From positions 57,102,001-57,166,000 of the forward strand of contig NC_043000.1 of the NCBI RefSeq assembly GCF_006345805.1: a stretch of 64,000 nt of DNA. The letters are read 5' to 3'. Origin of the DNA: Octopus sinensis. Lineage: Eukaryota. The first letter of the stretch is position 1, and each line of letters begins with the position of its first letter. The position numbers and the translations under genes were made by a program. The notes under the pieces are model-generated. The model ran no database searches and was not told the origin of the DNA. It was given only the letters and a program-made list of their open reading frames with translations. Below are positions 63,788-64,000 of the stretch, piece by piece.

Positions 63788-64000
63788 AACACACAAAAAA
63801 CTGTTAGATTTGCTTCAACATTTAAATTTAATTTCTGTCAAGATATTTTCATCACTTTGAAACCATGACCTGTTCATTGCCAAAACTTCATGCTGAACGA
63901 AGTTTTGTCATTGAACAGGTCGTGGTTTCAAAGAGACGAAAATATTTTGGCACAAATTAAATTTACATGTTGAAATGAATTTAACAGTTTTTTGTGTGTT
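63788..64000. repeat. Long imperfect palindrome (foldback/MITE-like) centred near 63894, truncated by the window edge
   Basis: aacacacaaaaaactgtta...tttgaaaccatgacctgttca...caaaacttc pairs with gaagttttg...tgaacaggtcgtggtttcaaa...taacagttttttgtgtgtt over about 100 bp per arm. Confidence 0.9.

Overview
This is AT-rich, microsatellite-dense eukaryotic DNA, not prokaryotic. The two tRNA-headed SINE families, the (GAT)n-tailed element and the TTAA-flanked MITEs match repeats I recognise from octopus (coleoid cephalopod) genomes; that assignment is from memory, not a database search. No intact protein-coding gene is visible: almost every ORF in the supplied track is a microsatellite or repeat artefact. 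Recognisable coding remnants are all transposon-derived: two mariner transposases (one near full length with TIRs and TA flanks), an internally deleted Helitron and three RTE-clade LINE fragments. General CpG depletion, an apparent T excess on the + strand and several splice-site-bounded segments suggest the window lies in long introns of a + strand gene. There is a CpG-retaining promoter-like island at about 36.2-36.7 kb and a well-defined non-coding exon candidate at 46337-46461. The most interesting details are minimal type I hammerhead-ribozyme motifs of the Penelope type (one with a compensatory U3-A8 core), an RTE insertion with a twin-priming-type 5' inversion, head-to-tail SINE arrays and nested insertions, and a long palindrome at the right edge. 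I found no convincing wholly new biological system. All coordinates were read by eye, and repeat boundaries are approximate.
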